A DNA stretch of 55,951 bases, taken from IMG/VR virus record IMGVR_UViG_2690316248_000012, positions 1 through 55,951 of that record. One strand, given 5' to 3'. Positions 39,286 through 49,578 of this stretch are shown here, piece after piece. The DNA comes from a virus (taxonomy: Duplodnaviria; Heunggongvirae; Uroviricota; Caudoviricetes). The stretch's first letter is position 1. Each line of letters opens with the position of its first letter. Below the pieces are notes generated by a model that had not been told where the DNA came from, ran no database searches, and saw only the letters and a program-made list of their open reading frames with translations. The position numbers and the translations under genes are program-made.

Positions 39286-39744
39286 ATGGCTTCCGATAAC
39301 CTGGTCAGTATCACCATTAATGATAAATCCCTGCGCCGGAGCCTCCGTGCGCTGGATCTTGCTGCCACAGACCTGGAGCCCGCGATGCGCAAAATCGCCG
39401 GAACCCTGCTGGCGGAAACACAGTTTAACTTTCTTGATGAGGGGCGTCCGGGGTGGATGCCCTCGCTGGCAGCGGAAGAACGTGACGGGCAGACACTGCA
39501 GGATACCGGGCGTCTGATGGGGTCAGTATCAACCGACCATGACGACCGGCAGGCTGTTGTGGGGACCAACGTTGTTTACGGTGCCATTCACCAGTTCGGG
39601 GGTAAAACGGGGCGTAATGAGTCTGTTGAACTTCCGGCCCGCCCGTTCCTGCCGGTGACGGGGGATGGAGAACTACAGCCTGAAGTGGTAATCCCCATCC
39701 TCGATACCATTGTCCGCCATCTTGAATCAGCGGCCCGTCGCTGA
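39286..39744 (+). CDS. virion morphogenesis protein (Mu G-like)
   Basis: 152 aa, position after F. Confidence 0.55.
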   Translation: MASDNLVSITINDKSLRRSLRALDLAATDLEPAMRKIAGTLLAETQFNFLDEGRPGWMPSLAAEERDGQTLQDTGRLMGSVSTDHDDRQAVVGTNVVYGAIHQFGGKTGRNESVELPARPFLPVTGDGELQPEVVIPILDTIVRHLESAARR

Positions 39745-39958
39745 GTTTTCTCTCTTCAGGCGGGTGATTTATCATTGCCAGCGAATGAGGGGCTGTATTA
39801 CCTTTATAAAGGCTTTACAGCCTCTGTTTTATAACCGCCTCCGGTTCACCGCATTGCTTTCCCTGTCCTTCTCCCCTGATGTTTTCTAAAGCAGATTAAA
39901 ATCGCCGGGCCTGCATTTCTCACAAACTGTCTCCGACAACATAACGCGGGACAGCAAA

Positions 39959-41074
39959 ATGTCAGCCATTCACATTTTTAAAGCCGGTACTCATACCGAT
40001 ATGCACGGCAAAAAACTGCCGTTCACGCCAGACGATCTTGCCGCCTGCGTGAAAGCCTATGACCCGTCCGTCCATGAAGCACCACTCGTGATTGGTCATC
40101 CCAGAACGGAAGACCCGGCGTGGGGCTGGGTGAAAGCCCTGTCGCTCAGCGGCGTCGATCTGATGGCAGAGCCTGCCCAGCTGGACCCGCAGTTTGCTGA
40201 GATGGTCACCGACGGACGATTCAAAAAAGTGTCCGCCTCTTTCTACCTCCCGGATTCACCGTCCAATCCGAAGCCCGGCGTGCTCTACCTTCGCCATGTG
40301 GGCTTTCTCGGGGCACAGCCACCTTCCGTCAAGGGGCTGAAACAGGTGTCCTTCAGTGAGCAGGAAGAAGGTGTGGTGGAGTTCGCCGACTGGCAGGCCA
40401 TCACGAATGCCTCCCTGTGGGGAAAGCTGCGCGATTTTCTGATCGCCCGCTTCAGTCTGGACGAGGCAGAAAAAGTCCTGCCGGAATGGCAGCTCAACAG
40501 TCTGCGCGAAGAGGCGTACCGCGACACACTGTCGCAGGATGCAGCAGGTGCACAATTCAGTGAGACAGGCCCGGGGCCGTCTTCCGCAAGTAACGAGGAA
40601 TCATCGATGACAAAAGAAGAGATTGAAGCCCTTCAGGAGGAGAACCGCCGCCTGAAGCAGCAGGCTGCTGATCGCGATGCGCGTGATGCACAGGTCAGAC
40701 AGGAGCAACTGCATAAGGACAATGTGGCCTTTGCAGAAAAACTGGTCGCAGAGGGCCGTCTGGCTCCCCGCGCCTCCTCCGTGGTGGTTGCCCTGCTGGA
40801 TGCCGTCGCCGGTGGCGACAAGCCGGTGGAGTTTGCTGAGGGGGAAAGCCGCACACCGCTGGCCACCGCCTTTCGTTCATTGCTCTCCGACGGGGAGCCG
40901 GTGATGAATTTCGCCGAACAGGCCACAAAAGAGCGTGTCGGCGACACGGTGAAGGTGGATGTGGCAGAGTTTGCGGAAGCCGATCCTGAGCGTCTGGCCC
41001 TGCATCAGAAAGCAGTGGCCCTGTCCAAAAAAGAAGGCATCAGCTATGAGGCTGCTGTCGCACGCTGCCTGTAA
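39959..41074 (+). CDS. head maturation protease/scaffold (Mu I-like)
   Basis: 371 aa with coiled-coil C-terminus; precedes the major capsid gene; 214-bp gap upstream. Confidence 0.6.
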   Translation: MSAIHIFKAGTHTDMHGKKLPFTPDDLAACVKAYDPSVHEAPLVIGHPRTEDPAWGWVKALSLSGVDLMAEPAQLDPQFAEMVTDGRFKKVSASFYLPDSPSNPKPGVLYLRHVGFLGAQPPSVKGLKQVSFSEQEEGVVEFADWQAITNASLWGKLRDFLIARFSLDEAEKVLPEWQLNSLREEAYRDTLSQDAAGAQFSETGPGPSSASNEESSMTKEEIEALQEENRRLKQQAADRDARDAQVRQEQLHKDNVAFAEKLVAEGRLAPRASSVVVALLDAVAGGDKPVEFAEGESRTPLATAFRSLLSDGEPVMNFAEQATKERVGDTVKVDVAEFAEADPERLALHQKAVALSKKEGISYEAAVARCL

Positions 41075-41088
41075 TTTAAGGAGAGAGC

Positions 41089-42042
41089 ATGTCTGATTAC
41101 TTAAAAGGTAAACGTGTCGTTGATCCGGTACTGACCAGTATCGCCCGTGGCTATAAAAATGCCGCATTCATCGGCGAACGTATTTTCCCCGTCGTGCTGA
41201 CGGACAAGGAAGGCGTGCGTGTACCGACCTTCGGGAAAACCGCCTTTGTGGAATATGACACCGAGCGTGCCGTCGGGGCGGACAGCAATGTTCTGGTCCG
41301 TGAAAAAACAGGCACGCTGGACCTGGTGCTGGGTGAACACGATCTGGCTGCGCCGGTGGACTATCGCGAGCAGGCGGAGTCCATGTTTAACGAAGAGAGC
41401 AAGGCCATCCGTCGCGCCACGAATGGCGTGAACCTGCGCCGTGAACTTATCGCTGCCCGTCTGGCTCAGGATGAAAAGGTCTACCGTACCGGGCACGTCA
41501 AAAAACTGACAGCCAGTGATCGCTGGGCCGGTGGTAAGGGGGACCCCATCGGGGTGATTGAAGCCGGTATGGAAGCGGTCCGTACGGCCACGGGGCTGCG
41601 TCCTAACCTGATGACCATGGGGGCCGGCGTGATGGCGCTGCTGAAGTTCCACCCGGCGATTCAGGCCGCCATCGGAGCCAACGAACGCAAGCGCATCACC
41701 ACAGAAATCCTGCAGGACCTCTTTCAGATCGAAGAGATCGTCATCGGTGCCCCAGTCTCCCTGCCGTCCATGAAAGCGGCAATGGATAAGAACAGCGTGC
41801 CGGCGGATATCTGGGGAGACAATCTGATGCTGCACTATGTCGGCAAACCGCAGCCGGGGGCGGACAGCGCGGACGAGAACGAGCCGTCCTTCGGCTACAC
41901 CCTGCGTCGTAAGGGGATGCCTGTTGCCGACAAATACGACGGAGCCGGTGGCAAGGTGAAGTACTGCCGTTATACCGATATCTACAAAGTCGCCGTGGTT
42001 GGTGGCGATGCCGGGTATCTCATTACCGGTATCAGTAAATAA
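41089..42042 (+). CDS. major capsid protein (Mu T-like)
   Basis: 317 aa following protease/scaffold. Confidence 0.7.
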   Translation: MSDYLKGKRVVDPVLTSIARGYKNAAFIGERIFPVVLTDKEGVRVPTFGKTAFVEYDTERAVGADSNVLVREKTGTLDLVLGEHDLAAPVDYREQAESMFNEESKAIRRATNGVNLRRELIAARLAQDEKVYRTGHVKKLTASDRWAGGKGDPIGVIEAGMEAVRTATGLRPNLMTMGAGVMALLKFHPAIQAAIGANERKRITTEILQDLFQIEEIVIGAPVSLPSMKAAMDKNSVPADIWGDNLMLHYVGKPQPGADSADENEPSFGYTLRRKGMPVADKYDGAGGKVKYCRYTDIYKVAVVGGDAGYLITGISK

Positions 42043-42051
42043 GGAGGCGTT

Positions 42052-42390
42052 ATGGGAACCACTCAGCAGGTCATTCTGATCACAACCGTAACGGCAGGGG
42101 CAGCACTGGCACAGCAGCGTTTTGTCGGGGCAGATAATACCCCCTGTAAAGCCGGTGCCGCAGCGCTCGGGGTTGCCGAAGTGGATGCTGTTACCGGCGA
42201 CAGCACGCCGGTGAGCGTTCTGGGCATTATTGCTGTCGAGGCCGGGGCCGCTGTCAGCCGTGGTGTGGCTGTTCAGTCAGATGCTCAGGCCAGAGCCGTG
42301 CCGCAGTCCGGCGACGGTAAATCCTGTGGTATTGCACTTGATGAAGCCGGGGGTGAAGGCGACGTCATTCGTATCCTGCGCGGGGTGTGA
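42052..42390 (+). CDS. head-associated protein (decoration/DUF2190-like)
   Basis: 112 aa, Ala/Gly/Val-rich. Confidence 0.45.
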   Translation: MGTTQQVILITTVTAGAALAQQRFVGADNTPCKAGAAALGVAEVDAVTGDSTPVSVLGIIAVEAGAAVSRGVAVQSDAQARAVPQSGDGKSCGIALDEAGGEGDVIRILRGV

Positions 42391-42391
42391 C

Positions 42392-42838
42392 ATGTACTGC
42401 ACCCTGGAGGATTTGCTTGCGCAGGTGCCGGAGCGGACGCTTATCGAGCTCACCAGTGAAGAGATGGACTTCGACTCACCTGCAACAGTGAATACCCGTG
42501 TGGTGGACAGCTGTATCCGCTATGCCGACGAGCTGATTGATGCCCATCTGCGCGGACGCTATATCCTGCCACTGGCAGAGATACCGACTGTTCTGCGGGA
42601 CATTGCCATCACGCTGGTCCGTTACCGGCTCTACGCCCGCCGCCCGGAAGGTGACCTCCCGGATACGGTGAAGGATGACCACAAAGAAGCGCTGCGGCAA
42701 CTCAGGGAGTTACGTGATAACAGGCTCACGCTGGGGCTGCCGTCCACTCAGAAAGATGTGCCTGAGCCTGGCGAGTTTCGTGTACGCAGTCGCCCGGCTA
42801 CTTTCGGCGGTCGTGACGGTTTACTGGAGAAATACTGA
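42392..42838 (+). CDS. head-tail connector-like protein (Mu gp36 position)
   Basis: Start trimmed to MYCTLEDLL right after the upstream stop. Confidence 0.5.
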   Translation: MYCTLEDLLAQVPERTLIELTSEEMDFDSPATVNTRVVDSCIRYADELIDAHLRGRYILPLAEIPTVLRDIAITLVRYRLYARRPEGDLPDTVKDDHKEALRQLRELRDNRLTLGLPSTQKDVPEPGEFRVRSRPATFGGRDGLLEKY

Positions 42839-43302
42839 TGAACGTTCTGCCCGTCCTTGATGCGGTACTGGCCCGGTTACGCGAGAAGCTGCCGCAACTG
42901 CAGGTGGAGTACTTCCCGGAGAAACCGGCTGAATATCGCCTGAACCATCCGGTTGGCGCGTTGCTGTTGAGCTATGCCGGTTCGCGCTTTGACAGGCCGG
43001 ATGATACCGGTGCGGTGATCCAGTCTCAGACTATCCAGCTCTGCGTCACGGTGGTCTTCCGCCAGCTCAACGGTAAAAAAGGGGCGATTAATGTCCTGGA
43101 TGCTGTCCGCCGCATTCTCGGTGGCCACACCCCGCCCGGCTGCCGCCGCCGTATCTGGCTGACCCGCGAGGTGTTTATCGGTGAAGTCAGGGGGCTGTGG
43201 CAGTACGCCCTCGACTTCGCGACTGAAAGCGTCTTTATCGAAGACAGCGATTTACCGTCCGGCCCGCTGTTAACCGAAGTGAACTATGAGGAAAGCGAGT
43301 GA
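42838..43302 (+). CDS. head-tail joining protein (hypothetical)
   Basis: 154 aa in the head-tail connector block. Confidence 0.45.
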   Translation: MNVLPVLDAVLARLREKLPQLQVEYFPEKPAEYRLNHPVGALLLSYAGSRFDRPDDTGAVIQSQTIQLCVTVVFRQLNGKKGAINVLDAVRRILGGHTPPGCRRRIWLTREVFIGEVRGLWQYALDFATESVFIEDSDLPSGPLLTEVNYEESE

Positions 43303-43553
43303 TGAAAGAATACCGCTATTCCGGCCCGGCCAGCGGCGTCACGCTGTCGGACGGAACCGAAATCCTGCTCTGGCCGGGGAAGACGGTTTCCCTGCCGGAG
43401 GAGCATGACTACGTGAAGGTACTGGTGGCGCTGAAACATCTGACGCCGGTACCTGAAGAGACTAAACCCGCCGGCACACCGGCTGTGCAGTCACCAAAGC
43501 GCAGAAGCAGCAGTGACAGCGAAGTGAAAACGGAGGACACCCATGGCAGCTAA
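43299..43553 (+). CDS. hypothetical protein
   Basis: 84 aa preceding the sheath gene. Confidence 0.4.
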   Translation: MMKEYRYSGPASGVTLSDGTEILLWPGKTVSLPEEHDYVKVLVALKHLTPVPEETKPAGTPAVQSPKRRSSSDSEVKTEDTHGS

Positions 43554-44970
43554 CTATCTGCATGGTCCCGAAACCATTGAGGTGGAAAACGGTGCCCGCC
43601 CGGTTAAAACGGTGAAATCTGCCGTTATTGGCCTGATTGGTACCGCCCCGATGGGGGATGTCAATACGCTGGTACAGTGCCTGTCTGAGAAAGACGCAGC
43701 GGCATTTGGCAGCCAGTTCACCGGCTTTACCATTCCGCAGGCGCTGGATGCGATTTATGACCATGGTGCAGGCACCGTTCTGGTCATTAACGTCCTCGAC
43801 CCGGCGAAACATAAAACGGCGATCGAGGATGAGGTGGTTACCTTTGACAAATCGACAGGGCAGGCCAGACTGGCGCATCCGGTTGTCGCTAATGTGGTGG
43901 TGAAAAACAGTGAAGGCAGCACCACCCACACGGCGAACACGGACTACCGTGTTGATGCGCAGGCGGGTGTGCTCACGAACCTGGGCAAGGCTATTGAGGC
44001 CGGTGGCAGCGTGAAGGTGAGCTATGAGTACGCGGACCCGTCGAAGGTGACTGCGGCGGACATCATCGGCGGGGTGAACAGCGCCGGAAACCGAACCGGC
44101 ATGAAGCTGCTTAACGACAGCTTCAACCTGTACGGCTATTTCGCCAAAATTCTGATTGCGCCGGTGTTCTGCACCCAGAAGAGTGTCGCAGTTGAGCTTA
44201 TCGCCATGGCAGAGAAGCTGGGCGCGGTAACCTACATTGATGCGCCTGTCGGTACCACCTTTGCACAGGCTCTGGCAGGTCGTGGCCCGGAAGGCACCAT
44301 CAACTTCAATACCAGCTCCGACCGCGTCCGTCTGTGCTATCCGCATGTGAAGGTATATGACCCGGTGACAAACACAGAGCGTCTGGAGCCGCTCAGCCAG
44401 CGTGCAGCAGGTCTGCGTGCCAGAGTCGATCTGGACAAGGGCTACTGGTGGTCATCCTCCAATCAGGAGATTCTGGGGATCACCGGCGTGGAGCGCCAGC
44501 TGTCCGCGATGATTGATGACCCGCAGAGTGAGGTGAACCTGCTTAACGAACAGGGGATCACCACGGTATTCAGCAGTTACGGCAGCGGCCTTCGTCTGTG
44601 GGGTAACCGGACGGCAGCATGGCCAACGGTCACCCATATGCGTAACTTTGAGAACGTTCGCCGCACCGGTGATGTGATCAACGAGTCCATTCGTTATTTC
44701 AGCCAGCAGTACATCGACATGCCGATTACTCAGGCGCTGATTGATGCACTGACGGAGTCGGTCAACGCCTACGGTCGCAAAATGACTGGTGATGGTGCGG
44801 TACTGGGCTTCCGTTGCTGGTTTGATCCGGCCCGCAATCCGGAGACGGAGCTGGCCGCCGGGCACCTGTTGCTGAGCTACAAATATACGCCACCACCGCC
44901 GCTGGAGCGACTGACGTTTGAGACTGAGATCACCTCGGAATACCTGTTAACCCTGAAAGGGGGCAACTGA
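43543..44970 (+). CDS. contractile tail sheath protein (Mu L-like)
   Basis: 475 aa followed by the tube gene. Confidence 0.8.
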   Translation: MAANYLHGPETIEVENGARPVKTVKSAVIGLIGTAPMGDVNTLVQCLSEKDAAAFGSQFTGFTIPQALDAIYDHGAGTVLVINVLDPAKHKTAIEDEVVTFDKSTGQARLAHPVVANVVVKNSEGSTTHTANTDYRVDAQAGVLTNLGKAIEAGGSVKVSYEYADPSKVTAADIIGGVNSAGNRTGMKLLNDSFNLYGYFAKILIAPVFCTQKSVAVELIAMAEKLGAVTYIDAPVGTTFAQALAGRGPEGTINFNTSSDRVRLCYPHVKVYDPVTNTERLEPLSQRAAGLRARVDLDKGYWWSSSNQEILGITGVERQLSAMIDDPQSEVNLLNEQGITTVFSSYGSGLRLWGNRTAAWPTVTHMRNFENVRRTGDVINESIRYFSQQYIDMPITQALIDALTESVNAYGRKMTGDGAVLGFRCWFDPARNPETELAAGHLLLSYKYTPPPPLERLTFETEITSEYLLTLKGGN

Positions 44971-45491
44971 TGTCAAAGATTGAGATAAACCGCATCACGA
45001 ATGCCAACATCTATCTGGATGGTACTAACCTGCTGGGACGGGCTGAGGAAGTCAAACTCCCCGATGTCTCCATGATTATGCAGGAACACAAGGCGCTGGG
45101 GATGGTGGGTAAGGTGGAACTCCCGGCTGGTTTTGACAAGCTGGAAGGCGAAATCAAATGGAACAGCTTTTACCGCGATGCGATGCTGTCTGCCGCGAAC
45201 CCGTACAGGTCGCTGGCACTGCAGTGTCGTTCCAGCGTCCAGCGCTACAGCTCGCAGGGGCTGATTGACGAAATCCCGCTGGTCACCTTCCTGACGATTA
45301 TGTTCAAGAAGAACCCGCTGGGGACGTTCAAACAGCACGAGAACGCCGAGTTCTCCAGTAGCTTCACCTGCACGTATATCAGACAGGTACTGGATGGTGA
45401 AGAGCTGCTGCAACTGGACTATCTGGCCAACATCTTCCGGGTCGGCGGTGTTGATCAACTGACTGACTACCGTATCAATATCGGGGGCTGA
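44970..45491 (+). CDS. tail tube protein (Mu M-like)
   Basis: 173 aa directly after the sheath gene. Confidence 0.75.
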   Translation: MSKIEINRITNANIYLDGTNLLGRAEEVKLPDVSMIMQEHKALGMVGKVELPAGFDKLEGEIKWNSFYRDAMLSAANPYRSLALQCRSSVQRYSSQGLIDEIPLVTFLTIMFKKNPLGTFKQHENAEFSSSFTCTYIRQVLDGEELLQLDYLANIFRVGGVDQLTDYRINIGG

Positions 45492-45493
45492 CG

Positions 45494-45775
45494 GTGAGTG
45501 TTGAACTGACGGATAAAGGAGGACGATGTGCGGCACTGGGCATGTCAAATGGTACGTGGTTTACCCTCCTTGATATTCCGGGGGTGGAAACCCTTTTTAA
45601 TACCCGTAAAACCAATGACCCGATTGACTGCACACGTTCAAAGGCCCGCAAACTGGCGGATTTGATTGAAGCATGGGAGCCTCCCGACCACTGGTTCTCC
45701 GGCATCGGCAAATCTGAGGGAAAGACGCTTCTCATCGCTTTCCTGCGTAACTGCAAGGGGTTTCGCACTTGCTGA
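45494..45775 (+). CDS. hypothetical tail-region protein
   Basis: 93 aa between tube and chaperone. Confidence 0.4.
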   Translation: MSVELTDKGGRCAALGMSNGTWFTLLDIPGVETLFNTRKTNDPIDCTRSKARKLADLIEAWEPPDHWFSGIGKSEGKTLLIAFLRNCKGFRTC

Positions 45776-45872
45776 CATCACAGGGGCTCCGGCCCCTTCT
45801 TCTTAATCTCCTTTAATATCCGTCACGCGCTTCTCCCGACATACTGCCCTGAACTTACACAGGAGCACAATC

Positions 45873-46208
45873 ATGTCACAGACCCCATCCGATACTTTTA
45901 AATTGTCTTATCCCTTCACCACTGCTGCAGGCACCAGAATTGAGCTGGTTGAACTGAAACGCCTGACGGTAAAAGACCTGAAGCAGGTGCGCAAAATCAG
46001 CAAAAACCCGGCAGACTGGGACGAACCGCTGATTGCCCGCAGTACTGGTCTTCTCCCGGAAGATCTCGACAATATGGATCTGGCTGATTACCTGCAGTTA
46101 CAGAAACGATTTCAGCTCATCACGGGGATGGGTGAGAGCAACCAGGGCGCTGACGCAGGCGCAGGGGCTGCTGGCGAGATGGTTCCGGTTTCAGCCGGGG
46201 GAGATTGA
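45873..46208 (+). CDS. tail assembly chaperone (tape-measure chaperone)
   Basis: 111 aa immediately upstream of the tape measure gene; overlapping ORF in another frame at its 3' end. Confidence 0.55.
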   Translation: MSQTPSDTFKLSYPFTTAAGTRIELVELKRLTVKDLKQVRKISKNPADWDEPLIARSTGLLPEDLDNMDLADYLQLQKRFQLITGMGESNQGADAGAGAAGEMVPVSAGGD

Positions 46209-46290
46209 TGCCCTCGATACTGACGATCTGGAGATGTGGCTGGAGCAGGCTGAAGAGCAAATCAAAAGCGAGTACGGCGACAAATCATAG
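46033..46290 (+). CDS. possible frameshift extension of the tail assembly chaperone
   Basis: +1 frame relative to 45873-46208; only its last ~30 codons look protein-like; overlap includes a ccggggg run. Confidence 0.3.
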   Translation: MPAVLVFSRKISTIWIWLITCSYRNDFSSSRGWVRATRALTQAQGLLARWFRFQPGEIDALDTDDLEMWLEQAEEQIKSEYGDKS

Positions 46291-46365
46291 TACAGACAGC
46301 CGCCAGTAGCGGCTGTTCTGCGTTATCCCCTCACGTCTTTTCACCTTCCCCGGAGGTTAACCACT

Positions 46366-49300
46366 ATGTCGGGACAGTTTTCAGTCGGCGTTGTTATCGG
46401 CGGGATGATTGGCAGCACATTCCGTTCTGCAATGAGCGGTACCCGCCGTGCGCTTGATTCCCTGAGCGATACCTCACGCCGCCTGCAGGAACGTCAGAAC
46501 GCTTTAACCCGTGCAACAGAACGTTATGGTCAACTGGGTTCTTCCCGGATGCAGCATCTCAACAGCGAGCTGCTGCGGGTAAGCCGCACCATGGAGCAAA
46601 TTGAGCGCCAGCAGCGCCGTCTGTCAGCGGCATCCGCTACCAGTGATGCGCTGAAAGCTAACCGCATGGCGCTGTATGGTCAGGGGATTGAAGCGTATGG
46701 CATGGCACAGACTGTTTATCATACGGTTTCCCCTGCCGTTCAGCAGTCCATGTCTTTTCAGGACAAAATGATTGATATGTCGATCACCGCAAAATATGAC
46801 AATAAAACGCGGGATGCACTTGCCGGACAGATAAAAGGCTGGGCGCTTAAATACAATCAGTATCAGGATGAGCTGCAGGAGGCGGTGGGTTCACTCATCA
46901 GCGACAATATTGATAATGTGTCAGATATCGGTTTTCTGATGCCGGATATTGCCCGCGCGGCAACGGCAACACGCACGTCTGCTCAGGACTGGGCAAAAGT
47001 GGCCGCAGTCTGGCAAAACTCCCTGAAAGGTGCGGCCAGAGATTTTGGTGCCGTTCAGAATATTATGGCTTATGCCGGTGACCAGGGGTCATTTGAAATC
47101 CCGGATCAGGTCAAGTGGATGCAGTCCCTGGCCCCAATGATGGCGGGTCTTGCCAGTGGAAAAGAGGCTGTTGCTGAAATCGGGGCCAGTCTCCAGATAG
47201 CAAAAATCGGTGCAGGTTCCACCGACGAAGCAGCCAATAATTTTAAAAACTTTCTTACCAAAATTTTTGCCCGCGATACTCAGAAACAGTTTGCTGATCT
47301 GGGTATTGATTTGCAGGGATCTATTGCGAGTTATAAAGCTGCGGGGATCTCTCCGATTGAAGGGATGTTGAGTGTTATAGAACGTTACCTCAATGCCAAA
47401 AGCCCCGAAGCGCTGGCCGGCTTCAAATCAGCCATGAAAATAAAGAATGATACGGCAAGAGATGAGGCACTTCAGGCTCTGGCGAAAAACTTTGGTCTGG
47501 GCGATATGTTCGCGGATATGCAGGTCATGGCATTTATCCGCCCGATGCTGGCCAACATGGACAGATATCGAGAGATCCGTGCCGGTGCTCTCAGGGCTGC
47601 GGATAACGATTTGCTTGCCAGTGCTTATGATCAGCGGCTGAAATCTCCCCTTGAAGCCACTAAAACACTTATGGTCAGCAGTCGCGATCTGGCAATTACG
47701 CTGGGCGATCAATTAGCTCCATCTTTTATTTCTCTGACTCAGGAACTGCTCCCACTCATTCAGGGGACAAAACACTGGGTAGCGACTCACCCGCAATTTG
47801 TCAGTGGGGCTTTTAAGCTCATCAGTGCGCTCCTTGCGATTAAGATAGCGACTATTGGTCTCAAACTGGGGCTGAATCTCCTTATTTCCCCCTTTGTGAA
47901 CGTCTGGAAAACTACTGTTTTACTCCGGACCAACTGGCATCGACTGACTACCGCACTCGGAGAAGGTGGCAAATTACGCTGGCTTGTCACTGGATTCAGC
48001 CGACTGACCAGCGGAGGACTGAAACTCAGCAAAGTTCTGGCGGGCAGCCTCGTTCGCGGTTTTATGAGCGCTGCACGTGCCGTTCTCTGGATTGGGCGAG
48101 CGCTGATGATGAATCCCATCGGTCTCGTTATCACCGCTGTCGCGACAGCAGCTTACCTTATCTACCGCAACTGGGGGGCTGTCAGTGGTTGGTTTAAACA
48201 GCGCTGGGCTGACATTCAGGAAGCCTTTAACGGCGGCATTGTGGGAATTGGTAAGTTGCTGATTAACTGGTCGCCGGCAGGCCTGCTCTATAAAGCCTTT
48301 GCGGCTGCGCTGAAATATTTCGGCGTTGCTCTGCCGGCAAAGTTCACCGACTTCGGTGGCCATCTTATCGACGGTCTGATTAACGGTATCAAAAGCAAAT
48401 GGGGGTCGCTCAAATCCAGTGTAACCGGAATGGGTGACAGCATCAGTAGCTGGTTTAAACAGCGCTGGGCTGACATTCAGGAAGCCTTTAACGGCGGCAT
48501 TGTGGGAATTGGTAAGTTGCTGATTAACTGGTCGCCGGCAGGCCTGCTCTATAAAGCCTTTGCGGCTGCGCTGAAATATTTCGGCGTTGCTCTGCCGGCA
48601 AAGTTCACCGACTTCGGTGGCCATCTTATCGACGGTCTGATTAACGGTATCAAAAACAAATGGGGGTCGCTCAAATCCAGTGTAACCGGAATGGGTGACA
48701 GCATCAGTAGCTGGTTTAAACAGTGCTGGGCTGACATTCAGGAAGCCTTTAACGGCGGTATCGCGGGAACTGGTAAGCTGCTGATTAACTGGTCGCCGGC
48801 AGGTCTGCTCTATAAAGCCTTTGCAGCTGCGCTGAAATATCTTGGTGTTGATCTGCCGGCAAAGTTCACCGACTTCGGTGGCCATCTTGTCGACGGTCTG
48901 ATTAACGGTATCAAAAACAAATGGGAGTCGCTCAAATCCAGTGTAACCGGAATGGGTGACAGCATCAGTGGCTGGTTCAGCGAAAAGCTGGGCATTCATT
49001 CGCCGAGCCGCGTGTTTATGGGCTTTGGTGACAATATCGCGCAGGGGGCCGCCATTGGCCTGCAGCGGACCACTCCGCTTGCAGCTCTGGCCGGGCAGCG
49101 AATGGCCAGTGAACTGCTCCCCAGAATGCCCGTGAGCATTCAGGGGCCAGAAATACGGGATAACACTTCAGGTGTTCGCTTCAGTATGCCGTTGCCCGAT
49201 ATCAATGGGTTTATGTCGTCTGCTAAAAATGCGATCGGAGCCGTAATCAATAGTTTGTCTTCCATGCCCGTTATTCCGCTCTCCACCCGGGCATCGATTT

Positions 49301-49578
49301 TACCAGGGCAACGTCTGGCAAATGAGATGACACCGGATGTTCCCCGTATCCCCTCGCCTGAAATCCTGGCTGCCGGATATTCAGGCCGTGGTGCAGCTGC
49401 AACCGGCGGTGGAACGTCTGGTGGTATCCAGGTCAGCTTTAATCCTCAGTTTTTCCTCAATGGCAGGGAAACCACAGCGCCTGCAGGACTGACTGGTGCC
49501 CTGAATATGAGTCTGCATGAGCTGGAAAAAATGCTGGAGCGTCTGCTGGCTCAGAAACAACGTAAGGAGTACCGCTGA
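46366..49578 (+). CDS. tail tape measure protein with three tandem 87-aa repeats
   Basis: 1070 aa; coiled-coil N-terminus; triplicated SGWFKQRWADIQEAFNGG... unit. Confidence 0.85.
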   Translation: MSGQFSVGVVIGGMIGSTFRSAMSGTRRALDSLSDTSRRLQERQNALTRATERYGQLGSSRMQHLNSELLRVSRTMEQIERQQRRLSAASATSDALKANRMALYGQGIEAYGMAQTVYHTVSPAVQQSMSFQDKMIDMSITAKYDNKTRDALAGQIKGWALKYNQYQDELQEAVGSLISDNIDNVSDIGFLMPDIARAATATRTSAQDWAKVAAVWQNSLKGAARDFGAVQNIMAYAGDQGSFEIPDQVKWMQSLAPMMAGLASGKEAVAEIGASLQIAKIGAGSTDEAANNFKNFLTKIFARDTQKQFADLGIDLQGSIASYKAAGISPIEGMLSVIERYLNAKSPEALAGFKSAMKIKNDTARDEALQALAKNFGLGDMFADMQVMAFIRPMLANMDRYREIRAGALRAADNDLLASAYDQRLKSPLEATKTLMVSSRDLAITLGDQLAPSFISLTQELLPLIQGTKHWVATHPQFVSGAFKLISALLAIKIATIGLKLGLNLLISPFVNVWKTTVLLRTNWHRLTTALGEGGKLRWLVTGFSRLTSGGLKLSKVLAGSLVRGFMSAARAVLWIGRALMMNPIGLVITAVATAAYLIYRNWGAVSGWFKQRWADIQEAFNGGIVGIGKLLINWSPAGLLYKAFAAALKYFGVALPAKFTDFGGHLIDGLINGIKSKWGSLKSSVTGMGDSISSWFKQRWADIQEAFNGGIVGIGKLLINWSPAGLLYKAFAAALKYFGVALPAKFTDFGGHLIDGLINGIKNKWGSLKSSVTGMGDSISSWFKQCWADIQEAFNGGIAGTGKLLINWSPAGLLYKAFAAALKYLGVDLPAKFTDFGGHLVDGLINGIKNKWESLKSSVTGMGDSISGWFSEKLGIHSPSRVFMGFGDNIAQGAAIGLQRTTPLAALAGQRMASELLPRMPVSIQGPEIRDNTSGVRFSMPLPDINGFMSSAKNAIGAVINSLSSMPVIPLSTRASILPGQRLANEMTPDVPRIPSPEILAAGYSGRGAAATGGGTSGGIQVSFNPQFFLNGRETTAPAGLTGALNMSLHELEKMLERLLAQKQRKEYR
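48181..48963. repeat. three near-identical tandem copies of a 261-bp unit inside the tape measure gene
   Basis: Unit boundaries at about 48181, 48442 and 48703; antisense ORFs at 48288, 48549 and 48810 confirm the 261-nt period. Confidence 0.85.

Noticed and set aside
41101-41835. 244-aa minus-strand ORF
   Set aside because: Antisense to the major capsid gene; no ribosome-binding site or context support.
47974-48999. 341-aa minus-strand ORF with three repeated segments
   Set aside because: Antisense shadow of the triplicated 261-bp repeat in the Mu-like tape measure gene; the repeat periodicity explains it.
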